Origin: Eledone cirrhosa
Lineage: Eukaryota
Direction of reading: 5' to 3'
DNA length: 64,000 bases
NCBI GenBank assembly: GCA_964016885.1
Contig: OZ024741.1
Coordinates: forward strand, 284,766,001-284,830,000
This document shows positions 1-13,999 of the stretch, one piece after another. Below the pieces are notes generated by a model. The model did no database searches, had not been told where the DNA came from, and saw nothing but the letters and a program-made list of their open reading frames with translations. Made by a program: the position numbers and the translations under genes. Position 1 is the first letter of the stretch. Every line of letters begins with the position of its first letter.

Positions 1-487
1 AACACTAAATCCCTCCCCCGTGAAGAATGCACCTCCCAACATAGCCTAGTAGTTAGTGACCTCACAGTCAGAAATAGATGTACTCGACGACAGAGGAGGC
101 CTACCTTGAGGAGAAGAATATGGAAGTTGAAGGACCCCATAGTCAGTGACAAATTTAAAAGCTTATTACTTGATGCCTTTGACAATAAGGAAGAGCAATT
201 AGAGATGTGCAATATAGAGGAACAGTGGCAATTCTTGAAAGTGAACCTGGTGAAAGCAACGGATGAAATCTGTGGCTGGAGCAGACCTATTGGCAGGAGG
301 AGAGTAACTTGGTGGTGGAACAGTAAGGTGGAAGAGACAATCAAGGCCAAAAAGCAGGCTTGGAAAGTATGGCAGGATGGGGGAAGTAGAGAGCACTATC
401 AAGTGGCCAGGAGAAAAGCTAGGAGACAAGTGTACCTTGCAAAAAGGGAAGCAGAGGATAGAAAGTCCAAGCATGTTCTACAACCTT
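1..487 (+). mobile_element. RTE-type LINE fragment (endonuclease-RT linker), cut off by the downstream LINE
   Basis: ORF 106..489 has RRRIWKLKD...TWWWNSKVEETIKAKKQAWKVWQ...YQVARRKARRQVYLAK, typical of the RTE-clade linker; similarity switches abruptly at ~488. Confidence 0.7.
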
Positions 488-3389
488 GACAACTCCCACT
501 TGGAGGCCGAAGTAAGAGTGAGAAATTTCACAACCATCCGTGCGGATCGTGTTGGCAGAAGGATGGGCAGAAGGATGCATGATTCCTTTACGGCAGTTGG
601 CAACACAACATTCTCTAATGGATACTGTGAATCAGTTACTGTGCGCAATAAAGCCAATGACCTGACATTAGTTGGACTCTATAGGCCACCACAAACACCC
701 ATAATCTGCTTCAAAGAATGCCTCAACAGTATTAAATGCTTTATTAAACAGTGCCATTCTAGCAACATACTTTTGATGGGAGACTTTAATCGACCCTGTG
801 TCGATTGGTCTACATGTAGTTTGAAAACAGGCTCCACAGCCTCAACCACTGGCAAAGAGGCTGTCGAGTCACTTCTTGACTTCATAAATGAGTTTTTCTT
901 GTCCCAACTTGTCCTTGCACCAACGAGGCATCAGAAGAACATTCTGGATCTAGTGTTTAGTAACCACACTAACACTATACATAATATTACAGTGGAAAAA
1001 ACCCTTCTCTCAGACCATGACATGGTTCTTTGTAACCTGAGATTCCCCTAGCCGAAAGCCAATCCCAGGGTCCTCTTTCCAGCCCACCCATTTGATAACA
1101 TGGATCTCTACAATGCCAACTGGGATGCAATTATGAACAAACTATCACATGTTGACTGGTCTTTTACACATGCACACACTTCCACCAACATCAAAACATC
1201 TTGTCAGATCTTTGTAGACACTGCCACAAATATATGTACAAAACACACCCCACCAAAACCTGTGAACAAAACCAAGTGCAGTATCCCCCAAAACAGAAAA
1301 AACAATTATCAGAAAAATAAAAAGAACAAACAAAAACATTAACACACTAAAATACTGCCAACAGCAACACACACATTCAATGGCTATCACCCTGCTTGAG
1401 TCAAAAAAATATAACCTCCAGCAATGCATGATGACCATCATCAATAACAAGAGAATAGCTGAAGAGAGGTGGGCCATTGAGAAAATCAAACTCAACCCCA
1501 AAGTGTTCTTTTCATTTGCTAAAAAACACAAGGTCACCGTCTCCACTGTTGGCCCCCTAGTTGATGAAAATGGCAGACTCCAGGACAATGCCAAAACCAT
1601 GGGCGATATACTGAAGAAACAATACTGCTTTGTTTTCAGCAATCCCGATATGGCCGATCTGGGCCGTATCGGTGATGTTAATCCCCAACACACTATATCA
1701 GACATAACGTTTGGCGCCCCTGATGTCTTAGCGGCAATAAACGAAATTAAACACAATTCAGCAGTAGGCCGTGACAGGTTCCCTGCTTGTGTCCTGAAGG
1801 TGTGTCGACACCAGCTTGCATCTCCTCTTGCTAATCTGTGGAGGAACTCGCTGGACACTGGCTATATTCCTGAAAACTTTCTGTCCCAGTCCGTTGTCCC
1901 AGTCTTCAAAAAGGGGAATAAGTCCCTTGCAGTGAACTAACGTCCGATCTCACTCACCTCTCATATTATCAAGGTATTTGAGAGGGTGGTTAGATCACGA
2001 ATAACCCACTTTCTTGAAAGCAACGGCCTGCTGAACTCCAACCAACATGGGTTCCGTAATGGAAGGGACTGCCTAACGCAGCTCCTGCATCACTTTGACG
2101 ATGTTTTGAGAGCCTTGGGAGAGGGCTCCAACACTGATGTCATCTACCTTGACTTCAGCAAGGCCTTCGACAGGGTTGATCATAAGATTCTACTGAAAAA
2201 ACTATCCAATGTTGGTGTCTCTGGAAGGTTACTACAGTGGATCAAATGTTTCCTGACAGGCAGATCCCAGCATGTTGTAGTTAAATGAGTAAAATCAAGC
2301 CCTGCCAAAGTCAGCAGTGGCGTCCCACAAGGCACTGTGTTGGGCCCACTTCTTTTCATCTACATTAATGACATTACTGACATCATCAAGCACAGCAACA
2401 TGAGAATCTTCGCAGACGATTCCAAGCTCCAAAGGGTCATCAATGAGGTGGGTGACCGGACTTGCTTTCAGTCAGACCTACTGGCTGTTATCCAATGGGC
2501 AGAAATGAATAATATGCTGTTGAATGAAGATAAATTTGAATTAATCCACTTTGGAAAAAAGGATGCCCTGAAACTACCATACTCTCTTCCTTCGGGTGGA
2601 ACTCTAGTGGCATCCAATAACATCAGAGACCTGGGAATAATTGTGGACAACAACATAAGCTGGGCCACTCATATAAACAGCAAAGTTGATATGGCCCGCA
2701 GAATGTGTTCCTGGATTCTTAGAACTTTCCAGTCGAGAGATATCCACACTGTTATCCTTCTCTTCTCCACTTTTGCCCGACCTCACCTTGAATACTGTTG
2801 TCCACTGTGGTCACCCCACACGAAACGAAGTATCATGAAAGTTGAAGCACCCCAAAGGTCAATTACAAAAAAGATAGATGGCATGACAGGCCTTGACTAT
2901 TGGAGTCGATTAGAAAAGCTCAAACTCTATTCTCTCCAACGTCGCCGTGAGCGCTACATTATCTGTATGATGTGGAAAATATTCCATCAGCTTTGCCTAA
3001 ATGATGTTGGCATCACCTTTAGTGTACAATCAAGGCTTGGGCCCCGTGCTATGCGCCCACAACAAAAATCTCACTCGCATCACATAACAACAATACGGCA
3101 CAATTATTTCACCTCAATTGGCCCTGCACTCTTTAACATTACACCAAGACACATCAAAGCAAAGGCAGACCCCATCAAGTTCAAGAAGTTTTTGGATAAA
3201 TTCCTTCAAGAAATTCCGGATAAGCCTCCTACACCCGGATATGCCTCCGTAAACAATAACTCTCAGCTCAAGAGGGCCATGGTGCCCAAAAACTGATTTG
3301 TAAGACTTCGCCAGGTGGTGCTATTAAGTTAGACATGGCCTGAGCCAATACTGGCCGAAACCTATCAAAGTTATCAAAGTTAAAGTTAT
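488..3389 (+). mobile_element. 5'-truncated CR1-group (CR1/L2/Crack-like) non-LTR retrotransposon, ORF2 pseudogene
   Basis: APE endonuclease motifs (YRPP, GDFN, ILDLVFSN, SDH) in 377..1051; RT motifs QHGFR, YLDFSKAFDRVDH, GVPQG, FADDSKL, RPHLEYC, LYSLQRRRERY across 1380..3296 with stops and frameshifts; short tandem tail ATCAAAGTT-ATCAAAGTT-AAAGTT at ~3364-3388. Confidence 0.9.
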
Positions 3390-3397
3390 ATATATAT

Positions 3398-6300
3398 ATT
3401 GTTATACTTGGGGAGGGTCATATTTGTGTAATAATATTGCCAGAATCAATAACAGAACACACTCACTGTTTGGTTGGTTTTCGCTTCTGTGTCTTTTATA
3501 TCGGTTAATTTAATTTATTCGGTCCTCAATGTTACCATTGACTGACCAACGGTCAAAAATACAGATACAATATAGACACAAACACATATATATAGTCTAA
3601 CAAAGTTCTTTCGTTGCACATCTGCAACATCGTCAGTGGTGCTATTATGTTTCCTCCCGTTGTATTGTATGCCTACGCCATCTTTATTTAGTCTGTTTAT
3701 TTATCTTTTTTTTGTCTTCTCTGCGCATGCGTGTGTGTGTGTCGTGTTTGATGTGTGTTCGTGTTTGGGTGACTGTGTATTGGTTATTGTATTCTATCTT
3801 AGTTTACTAGTGTGTGTTTATATGTGTTTGTTGTTATTGTGCTTGTGTATGTATTTATTTATTTATACTTCTCTTAGGTCAGTATTGTTTGTTTGGGTGT
3901 TGTTATTCCATTCATTTTTTCTGTTTAGTCTTGGCCTTCTAAGTTCTATTTCGCTGGCCTCTCTGATTTTCCTATCTGCTGGGTCATTTCTGTTTAGATA
4001 TTATTCTAATTTCTATGTTTTCTATTTTACCGTCGTGTTGTTGTCTGGCATGCTCGTATAGTACTGAACCGTTTTTTCATCCTTTTAGTTCCCCTATTGT
4101 TGGTCTATCCTTTCACCTATGCTACAAGCTGTCTCGCCTATGTATGTTGTTGTCATGTTTCTGCAAGTACCCTCTGTACATCTTATGCTATAGACTACGT
4201 TTCTAGTTTTACAGATTATCCGGGGGTTTACTTTACATATAATACATTTCCTATTAGTACAGTGGGTTTTCTTAAAAGGGTCGGTTTTGCTGATCAGGGA
4301 TTTTATGCTGGTTCCTGGCTTTTCTACCACCTTAATCTTTAAGTGGGTCTTTCTCAGGGCCTTTCTACACTGGTTAGCTAATTTCCCTCCAGGGGTAGCG
4401 TCCACCAACATGACACTTTGGTATCTCTGGTTGTCGTACCATGAGGTGGCTTTCCCTATCTTATGTCTAGTCCTATCTAAGCTATTCCATGATTTTCTCC
4501 TGTATAATAGGCAAATTCGTGTCATGTCCAGTTCTATGAGGGTCTTATACTTCTCCGTGGCTCCTTCGTATACTCTGATTCTGTCTCTTTGGTTGTAGCC
4601 AGAGAACTGCATGCGGTTGATGAAGTGTTGGATGTGTCTTTCCATTTCTGTTGGGTCGCACATGCGGGACACGTTCTTCATCACTCGTACCACGTCTGCG
4701 ATCAGAATATTAAACTTAGCACTACTGGACATTGCTGAATTTTTGAGTATCAGGTATTTGGAGGCCATGGGTTTAGCATAGTGTGTGTGGAGAATTAGGC
4801 TCTCTCGTCTATAGTGTTAATCCAGAGTTCCGTATCTAATACAGGTAGTCTATTTTTAGGGTGTTTGGAAGGGAAGTCGATAGTTACAGTTATACTCTGG
4901 TGTATGGAATTAACTATCTGCTGGATGCTTTTCATTGTGCTACGTTCTAAATCAAACTTGTTAGTACTCTCTTGTGGGGATGTCCTTATTACTATATTGA
5001 TGTCGTCTACGTAACGAGAGTACATGATGAGGTCTATGGAGCTCTCATCAAGGAGATCTTTGAGTCTCCTTTCCCACCATACCATAAAAAGGTTGGCAAC
5101 GTCACCAGCTATGCTGACGCCAATGGCTGCTCCCTCATTTTGGGTGTAGATCTTCTCGTTGAATTTGAATATGTGGCCCTTTAGGGTAGTTTTGATATTA
5201 GCCTCTATTGCATGTGCGACCATTTTTCTTACCTGATCATTGTTTTTTTTTTTTTGGGGGGGGGTCCGTATAGCTTTGGTCCACCCAATCCAACTTCCCA
5301 TGGGAGTCTTTTTTGCCATTGTTGTTATGATGGGGGGTCTACCTCTTATGGGTCTACTGGGGCAGAAACGTCTAAGGTCATGGCTGTCTAGGTAGTCAGT
5401 GTCATAGGTAAGTCCAAGTAGGAGGCCCAGTTCGTCTGTGTCGACGTCGCAGAACTCCACCTCACTCTCAATGATTATCTCCACACATTTTTCCACAGCA
5501 AAATCAATGTTAATGGATGGGTACAGTGATACCACATCCATACTGCCTATTATGCAGTTGGATAGGTTTTTGTTTTTGTTGCACTCACTGATTCTGCTGA
5601 GGAGGTCCTCTTGTTGGTCGTTCTGTTGTCGGGTCGTCGACTGTCTTGTGGTATTTGCGGACCCCCATACAAGGTGGTATGCCATTGTTAGACGCATGGA
5701 AGTTGTTGGCAGTGCGTCTGCTTGGCTTCAGGATGTCGGTCCACATCATCATGTGAGCGTTGAGGTTTACTATTTGTCTAATCTTATTTCTAGCTACGGT
5801 GAACTGTGCCTCTGTCTTGTCATCTATTTGTTGTGGTATACAAACCCTTTTATTAAAGGGTAACCTCATAGGATAGATATTACCCATCTTATATGTTTTG
5901 TCAGCTGGATTGAAGAATAGTTTCTCTAAGGGGTTGTCATTATATCTATCGTCATAGTTGTGTGTGTTGCTATTATTGTTATTATGGTGGTTGTTGTTGT
6001 TCCTATTATTAGCATTATTATTATTGTTATGAATGCTAGGTGTATTGTTGCTGTGATTGTTAGATGTATTGTTGTTGTTTTCTCCACCGTTATTGTTGTT
6101 GTTACTTTTATTATGTTTCTTGTTTTTGTTGTTGTGTCTATCATTAATGTTGCTACATGTATTATTTCTATTATTACCACTGTGGTTGTTGTTGTTGTTA
6201 CTCGTATTATTACCATTATTACTCCTGTGGTCGCTGCTGCTGTGTCTGTCGTTTCTATTACTATTATTGTGGTTGTTGTTCTGTCTATCGTTAATATTAA

Positions 6301-6681
6301 TACCATTATTACTATTTCTCACTCTCATGCTATTGTTATTGTTATGACTATTACTATTATAGCTGTTATTTCTATACTCAGAGTTATTGTTTATATTACT
6401 ACTATCGTTATTATTGTTGTTGTTGTCCGTATAGTTGTTGTTGTTTACTTTTACTTTTGCATTCCAACGTATTTTTGTGAAACACTTTTCTAGCTCCGTA
6501 TTGCACTCGATAGGGTTAATCTTTTTGTAGGTAGCACATTTTGGTGGTAGCTGCAGGATTTGTTGTTCTTGTTCACTGATTAAAGTGTTCCCATATTTAT
6601 TTATTTATACTTCTCTTAGGTTAGTATTGTTTGTTTGGGTGTTGTTGTTATTCCATTCATTTTTTCTGTTTAGTCTTGGCC

Positions 6682-6682
<1 letters not shown>
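3398..6682 (-). mobile_element. Penelope-like element (RT + C-terminal GIY-YIG), degraded, with partial direct pseudo-LTR
   Basis: 4795..5697: GSMDVVSLYPSI, QNEGAAIGVSIAGDVANLFM, RYVDD, RLPVLD; 4094..4768: CKTRNVVYSIRC...YIGET..SIGERI; 3852-3937 is repeated directly at 6594-6682; Asn-rich low-complexity segment ~5940-6450. Confidence 0.9.
3598..3640 (-). ncRNA. Minimal type I hammerhead motif in PLE 3' pLTR (stem I degenerate)
   Basis: Minus strand: acca CTGACGA t gttgca gatg tgcaac GAAA gaac TT tgtt; same layout as the intact HHR at 20808-20852. Confidence 0.65.
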
Positions 6683-6717
<35 letters not shown>

Positions 6718-6766
6718 CGAAACATAAAAACATAAATCAATTGCATGAACTCATAATCCTTTATTT

Positions 6767-6822
6767 ACTGCTATATATATTTCGATGATAGCCATTGAAT
6801 GGCTATGACCTCATCAGGCAGT
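6767..6822 (-). ncRNA. Type I hammerhead ribozyme with palindromic ATATATAT stem III
   Basis: Minus strand: actgc CTGATGA ggtcatagccattcaatggctatcatc GAAA tatata TA gcagt; stem I actgc/gcagt is perfect; lies in a ~260-bp element (6713-6972) between (TA)n tracts; copies at 36689-36744 and 36806-36861. Confidence 0.85.
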
Positions 6823-6970
6823 TAGTCAATTCTTAGATATGCCAGCTCTGTGATTTTGGTGTTGATGGTTTCAGAGCCTTGGGACATATGAGCTTGTTAG
6901 GGATAATTTAATGTTGTCAGCAGGAATAATCTTAATTCTCATTGGTCAGTTTGTAGATGCTAGTAGGGTT

Positions 6971-7045
<75 letters not shown>

Positions 7046-7108
7046 TTTCTAACCCAGAAAAAAGAGAAAAAAAAAAAAATTTTCTTCCTAATTATCGTCT
7101 TTTTCTCC

Positions 7109-7174
<66 letters not shown>

Positions 7175-7378
7175 TTAAGTCGTTTGGAAGCCTCGACAAT
7201 GCAAATGGGTAAATCTCCGGGTAACAAGGTCCGGTGGTGGAGAGAGATGTAAGTGGGTGTACGTTGAGATCCGTGGTGTGTATAAGATGTGTGAGATGTG
7301 TAGAATGAAGGGAAGAGTATAAAGGATAAAATAAAAATAACAACACAAGAGAGAGTTACCTTGGGAGAGATTTAATAG

Positions 7379-7415
7379 TCCCTATATATTTCGGATTCAC
7401 ATCCATCAACTGGGG
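7379..7415 (-). ncRNA. Decayed minimal hammerhead motif
   Basis: Minus strand: ccc CAGTTGA t ggat gtga atcc GAAA tata TA ggg; helices intact but two substitutions in the CUGANGA box. Confidence 0.45.
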
Positions 7416-7652
7416 TTTTTTCCGGGGTGGGGAAAAGGTTGTCTGTCGGACAAGTCCGGAACGCGTCCTTCGCTGTTTGTTGTTTTGAATATCTGAGGTA
7501 TTCGGCACAGCGCGCGTGCGCGTGAAATGGGGTCGGTCGTACAGAGGTCAGTGGCCGAATGAGGGAGTGGGATGGCGCTAGCTGTCAGTCCATTCTCTGC
7601 CTGTTTGTTAAATGTTACTGTGTGTGTGTGTGCGTGGGTCGTTGTCACGCTT

Positions 7653-7692
<40 letters not shown>

Positions 7693-7768
7693 GTTGTTGC
7701 CTTGTTCCTCTGTATTGGCAGTGTAGTATGTTCGTATGGTGGAATGCTATATATATGAAAATAGGGAG

Positions 7769-7818
<50 letters not shown>

Positions 7819-8199
7819 GTGTGTGTGTGTATTTATGTATGACATAAGCAATACAAAATACTGCTATGGCGCTTCATATGCAAAGTGAAAGAGAAACACG
7901 ATTATTTTCAAATCTCGAGGACTATTTTAGCCCCCAACAACAAAACACATTAAACGGAATATTTTGAAATCTTGGAGTGCTGGTGTTCTTATACGTTCAA
8001 TATTAATTAATATTACTCATTAAAACGAGGAAATAGAATTTTATAATTTTAACTGTCGTCTCGGGGATACGTATTTACGTTTTCAATTTCACAAAGATAC
8101 GTGACTTAGTGTTTACGGTGTTTGGTTCACGATCATAAGGTCGTGTGTTCAATTACCAGCGGCACGTTGTATTATTGAGCAAGACACTCCCAGACTATC

Positions 8200-8468
8200 A
8201 TCTCTCTCTCTCTCTCTCTCTCTCTAACTCTCCCCATCACTCTTTTTCTCTCACTCTCTCTCACACACACATACACACACTCTCTCTCCTCCTCTCTCTT
8301 TTTCTCTAACTCTCTCCATCACTCACTTTCTCTCATTGTCTCTCTCACACACACACCCTGTCTCTCTTTCTCTCTTTCTCTCTCTCTTTTTCTTTCCTCC
8401 CCACTCTCCTCTCTCTCTCCTACTCTCTCTCTCTTTCTCTCACTGTCTCTCTCACACACATACCATCT

Positions 8469-8530
<62 letters not shown>
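8200..8530. repeat. (CT)n/(CA)n compound microsatellite
   Basis: Directly visible. Confidence 0.95.
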
Positions 8531-9689
8531 ACTCCACTAGATTAAATCGGCTCTGTTCTGACATTGAGAGGGATGAGCTCCATTAGATTTAAATGTTACG
8601 ACGGCGCTCCCACGAATTTGTTAAGAGTTAAGGTTTTAACCATATTTATTCATGTATATGCGTGTTTGTGTGGATAATATATTGAGATTGCGGCATAAAA
8701 ACGTAACTGAAATTAGCTGTCATTACTAATATCTATATTTTCCGTAATATTAATGCCTAAGAATGGCACTAGAAGAACAATATATAAAGGTTGATTTCAG
8801 GCCTGTAGCAATATAGCATTTCCATTGATGCAAGACTTGTCGCTAGTGTTAAGTATATTATGCGATTGTGTGTTAACGTGTATATACGTACGTATTAGTG
8901 TCTGTGCATCAGTGTGTTTCAGTAAGTTAATATATTTGAATGTTTCTACGTATGTCTGTGCGCGTGGTCAAGTGCATTTATTTGTGTGTGCATGGAAGTA
9001 TTTATGTACGTGTGTGTATGTGTGTGTGACATTCTTCTTCGACAAATAATTGCTAGTTATATCATCGAAAAAAATCTTCATGTTATTCAATCGCCACACA
9101 TACGAAAATAATGATTTGTTTGTTCGTTTTTCAAAGGAACCAAAAAAAAGTGTCTTTCGTACTAATGGCTCTGGGTAACACATGTATACGTTATCGTAAA
9201 AAATACCTAGAACCGCATCCAATATACAAAAAAAAAAAAAATCATCAAACTGTTCATGCAATTAGAATAATCCAGTATGTCTGACTATTTGTAGACACTA
9301 AAGTAATTTCTTGGTTATTTTGAAACCACCTCAGATAAAATATGATACTTGTCTAAACCAATGTCTTTCTCGTTTTTTTTTTCTAATGTCTTGTGAATAT
9401 GGTAATGATTTCTGTAAAGAAGCCAATCTTCAGAAAACGGGCAAGAGGTCATTATAAGGATGACATCAATTGCTGTTTACGATAGGAGTTATAATAATGT
9501 ACCACAAAGTTAAATTATTCACTTTCGTTCTGCAAAGTATTACAATACCTCAAGTATATGAAATGAAAATAAAGACAGATTCTCATTTGAAACTGCTCGA
9601 ATTTAATTATGTTTCATCGTGACTATCTAGCAGATATGATGGGGCAAACTTTGCATTTCACTAGGTGTTTCTTAAATGAGGAAGCGTTA

Positions 9690-10705
9690 GTGTTGAGGTG
9701 TTCTTTTATTCTTATGTGAAGTGGTCTGGTGGTGCTACCTACGTAGAAATTGCTGCATTTGTTGCACTCTAATCTGTATACAACGTAAGCCAGGTGGCAT
9801 AGATCTGTGTCGGTGATGGGGCAGTTGGCTAGCCTGCAGCGGCTGTCATGTCTGGTGGAGTGTCTTTTGGTTAGCTGTCCGCGTAGAGAAGGTCCTAAGT
9901 GGACTAGTTGGATATCTAGCCCCTCTCGGCTCTGCGGATGGATGCTGTTGTTTCTTCACTGAAGTGTGGGAGCTTCAGGAAGGTGTTAGTGCCTCGGGTG
10001 TGGTGTCCTCTGTTCTTTCTGGCACGGTTCGTGGTGGACGTCGGGTATCCGTTCAGTTTGAGTACTTCCAGGAAATGTGTCGTGTGTGTGTCTCGGTCTC
10101 TTGCGTCGGTGCATTTGTTCCGGATACGTGTAAGTTCGTTCCTTATGTATCCGAACTTAACGCCGGCTGGGAGGGCCGATCTGAAATGTACGAACAGGTC
10201 CCTGCTGGCGGCTTTTTTATAGAAGCAGGTGTGGATGTCGCCTTCCTCTGTTATCCTGAGTTGGAAATCCAGTAAGGATAGGGATCCGCGGTCATCGGGG
10301 TGTTCCATGCTGAACTTTATACTGGCGTCCATGCTGGAGAATGTCGTGTATAATTTATCCGCCTCCTCACGGATGATGTAAGGATGAGTATGTCATCTAC
10401 ATATCGGGTGAAGAAGGTATGGGAATGGCAGGTGTTGAGGGCTCAGCATTCTAACTGGTTCATATAGGTGATGGCCAGCAGGCCCGATAGGTTGGATCCC
10501 ATGTGTAATCCTGTTGTCTGTCTGTATGTGTGGTGGTGGAAGGTGAAGTACGTGTTGTCCACTGTGAAGGACAAAAGCTGGTGTATGTCCGTCGGATGGA
10601 GGCCGTAGCAGTGGATGTCCTCTGCGACCACACAGTCCGTCTATAAATCGACAGCTGGATGAGCGGGGACTGTAGTGTAGAGGGAGACAACGTCGAGGCT
10701 AAAGG
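9690..10705 (-). mobile_element. Penelope-like element fragment (second family): RT core, thumb and GIY-YIG
   Basis: FSLDVVSLY, YRQTTGLHMGSNLSGLLAITYM, FFTRYVDDILI, IKFSMEHPD..LSLLDF, then VVYRLECNKCSNFYVGSTTRPLHIRIKEH read across frameshifts. Confidence 0.85.
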
Positions 10706-10786
10706 CGAATACTGGATTAACCACTTTACTTTCCTCCGAACAAGAGATATTATCTCGAAAATTAAGGATATTTAAATAAATTTAAG

Positions 10787-10922
10787 GTAAAAGACTAATT
10801 GTCAACAATATATTTTGCATTTGCATTTATATTCTATATCCATACCTGCATTGTCTTGGCCTTACCACTACAAACGTTTACACCTCATTACACAATGCTT
10901 CAAGTGAACTACAACTTCCTCA
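10787..10922. repeat. Short dispersed repeat (probable PLE terminus) shared with 54401-54610 and partly with 36468-36500
   Basis: GGTAAAAGACTAATTGTCAACAATAT...CCATACCTGCATTGT recurs at ~54531-54600; CACAATGCTTCAAG occurs in all three copies next to (TA)n. Confidence 0.7.
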
Positions 10923-10977
10923 ATATATATATATATTTATTAAAATAACAGATTAAAGTTTAAGCAAAGATTATTAT

Positions 10978-11039
<62 letters not shown>

Positions 11040-13081
11040 GTAGTGAGTATAACTGAAGATGCAACTGCGAGTAGCAGGTTCGCAATCAATTTTGAAGGAT
11101 GCCAAGAAGCACTCAATGAAAATAAATAAATAAATTTATACTCAGAGTAATTGACATAAGTTAGGTAATGTAACACAAGGAAAAACGCGACAAGAAGTGT
11201 GCTGCCACCTTAATACTACAACAACGAAAATACAAACATGTTAAAGACGAACCTGGACCTGATCGATAGATATTAAACGAGAAATATCTAGGTGGATTCC
11301 CGATTCCCGATGTATATCGGGAGGGGACCATAAAAAGGTTTTCATTCGTAAGAAGTCATGATCTTTTACGAATGAAACAGTCCTAGGCCTGCAGAAATTA
11401 TTTCTATAGTAATTTATACATACGTATGGATGAGATGTTACTAGTTATTGAAACGATAGAAGCTTAACCGTTGGATAAAAAAAATCCTTATTATATATAT
11501 GTATATATAAGGCCCAGACATTTGATTACAAAATTACTGAGGGCAATATGATCCAATCATGATAGCAGTCTAATGTATGAAACCAGTAAAAGAATAAAAG
11601 TATAAATAATATTTGTGTGTGCTTTGTACGTATGCATGTGTATATATATCTTTCGCCGATGTAGAACATTAAACATCGGCGAAAACCTTTGCTTTACAAA
11701 GGAAGTTCGTTTAGATAGTTCTTATGCAGCTTGATACAGACGTTCCCTCATCACATTCACAGTCAGAAGTATAATGAACTAATGAGTGAGGATCGATATT
11801 CATTGACGCTATTGTACCTGATTGCAACCGTAAGTAAATAACAATGATTAAATAAACTTGTCTTTTGATAGTATTGGCGCGTGGCATATTGTTTAGGAAA
11901 TCCAGCTCACGATGATAATGCCCTGAGTTCCATTACAAGTAGCACATTACAGCCTTCAGCAAGGTATTTTATTCCACTCAGCTAGAAAAAAAATTGTGAT
12001 ACATTTAATTCAAAGGGTCGGCATTCTAATCCATTGTATCCCGCTGAATCTCCCTGAGAATTTATGTTATCAGTATATTCAATCACTTACATGTTAATTT
12101 CCCGAGCAGACTGTTCAGTTGGTCAAACAACTAGTTGCAACCGACGGATGTCCAAAGCACACACACACTCACAAACACACCCACACACTACACCCGTATC
12201 CAACAACTACGAGATAATGGTTCCCACGTTGTTTTATTGATTGTATGAAGGTTCACTCCAAAGCTAGGATACCCGACGTTGTTTGCTAATATGAAAAGAA
12301 ATACAATAATTTTGTTGTTTTATTGTCTTTTAGAAATTTATTTGCGTATGAAATGTGTAACCTCGTTCTATTGATCAGGAGAGATTAAAAAGAAGTGCGA
12401 CATTCCAGCTACGGTCATTCTATCTTCTTTTCTTGTATTGTGAAACGAAGACATCATTGTTCAACGAAGTCTTATTATGTAACAGCTGTGGTTCGGAAGA
12501 ATCGTTATAGCGTCGAGCAAAAGAATTTGTGGTATTAATTACGGTTCATTACTTTCCGAGTTCAAATCTCACCGTGCTCAACTTAGCCTTTCATACTTCC
12601 GGATTCGTGATAATATAATACCAATAATGTGCTGGAGTCAATACAATCGAGTTTCCCCTCTTGCAAATTGCTAATCTTATCGCTTAATTAAAAAAATATT
12701 ATTTTAATTAGACCTAAGGTGGTTGGGGTTGATTAGTAGAATTATTAGAGCGACATAGAAAATACTTTACAGTATTTATGTGCGTATGTGCGTGGGTATG
12801 TGTGAAAGCGTGTGTTAGTGAAGGTTAATAGGTACTTCAATACAAAGCAGAATACACATTAAAAAAACTGAATTTTTGTATTGTAAAAAAAATGTATATT
12901 TCAGTGATTATGACGACAATTTCGTTTCTTGTTTTACGTATTTCTATTTAAATCCATTCAATAACTATTTTGAATGAATATTTTGAAGAAGTCAGATTTT
13001 TTATGCATAAAAACCATTTAACACCATATTCTTTATTTGCAGACTATAGGATTCCTGTTTTAGCAGAATTATTACAACTGG

Positions 13082-13212
13082 CCCTTTACGTTCTGAGTTC
13101 TAATCCCGCCGAGGTTGACTTTGCCTTTCATCCTCACGGGGTCGACAAAATAAAGCACCAGTAACGTAGTGGGATAATTGCTGGCCTTGTGCCAAAAGTA
13201 GAAACAATTATT
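13082..13212 (+). mobile_element. tRNA-derived SINE (abundant family in this window)
   Basis: B-box GAGTTCTAATCC then GCCTTTCATCCT..CGGGGTCGA.AAAATAAAG.ACCAG and tail GCTGGCCTTGTGCCAAAAGTAGAAACAATTATT; near-identical copies elsewhere. Confidence 0.85.
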
Positions 13213-13650
13213 AACCGTTTATATCAGAGGTTCTCAAGGTAGGCGCTGACAAAGCAAATATGCTATTAAGAAACGAAATAAACTTAGCAATTTTATTTCA
13301 TAAAAGTATTTCACAACATGATATTGAAGCAGGAGTTCTTATGTTAATTATACAAAAACCAACAAACAAACAAAACAACACAAAATAGAACCCCCCCCCC
13401 CTCGAAACACCTACAAAATAAAGACGCATGTGTACCGATGTACAATGTTTTAAGGTACAATAAGTATACACGGCTGTTTGATTTAGGAAGCGCTTCGCAG
13501 CCAAATGCTTTGGCGTTCACTTTCGTGCATAACTCTTTGTGCAAGTATGCTCTGCTATAGACTCGGGCTGATCAATGTTTTGTAAGTGAAGATCGTTAGA
13601 GGGGAAACTTCAGAGAGAGGTCCTTCGTGTACACACATATATATATGCAT

Positions 13651-13729
<79 letters not shown>

Positions 13730-13862
13730 GTAGAACACTGGAATGAAATATCCGTAGTCGTAGAGCACTCAGTCCATGAGACGAGTTTGGTAGATCCGCT
13801 GAAGATCCGCTAAGGTGAAACAATTATTCTCGGTATGGTGAACTAACTGTTGTGTTACTACT

Positions 13863-13897
<35 letters not shown>

Positions 13898-13944
13898 GTC
13901 AAATAGGTAAAAATTTGGCTTCGTTTATTATAAATTATAGATAT

Positions 13945-13999
13945 ACTGCTATATATATTTCGGTGACAGCCATCATTGGCTGTGACGTCTTCAGGCAGT
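13945..13999 (-). ncRNA. Type I hammerhead ribozyme, diverged relative of the 6767 family
   Basis: Minus strand: actgc CTGAAGA cgtcacagccaatgatggctgtcacc GAAA tatata TA gcagt; stem II shows a compensatory change (acagcca/tggctgt vs atagcca/tggctat). Confidence 0.85.

Noticed and set aside
3335-3365. GGCCTGAGCCAATACTGGCCGAAACC resembling a hammerhead
   Set aside because: Lacks the NGA of the CUGANGA box and a stem I; more likely the 3' stem-loop of the CR1-group LINE.
13796-13833. CTGAAGA-tccgctaaggt-GAAA motif
   Set aside because: Stem III and the NUH site do not register with stem I; at best a decayed HHR, so not listed as a feature.
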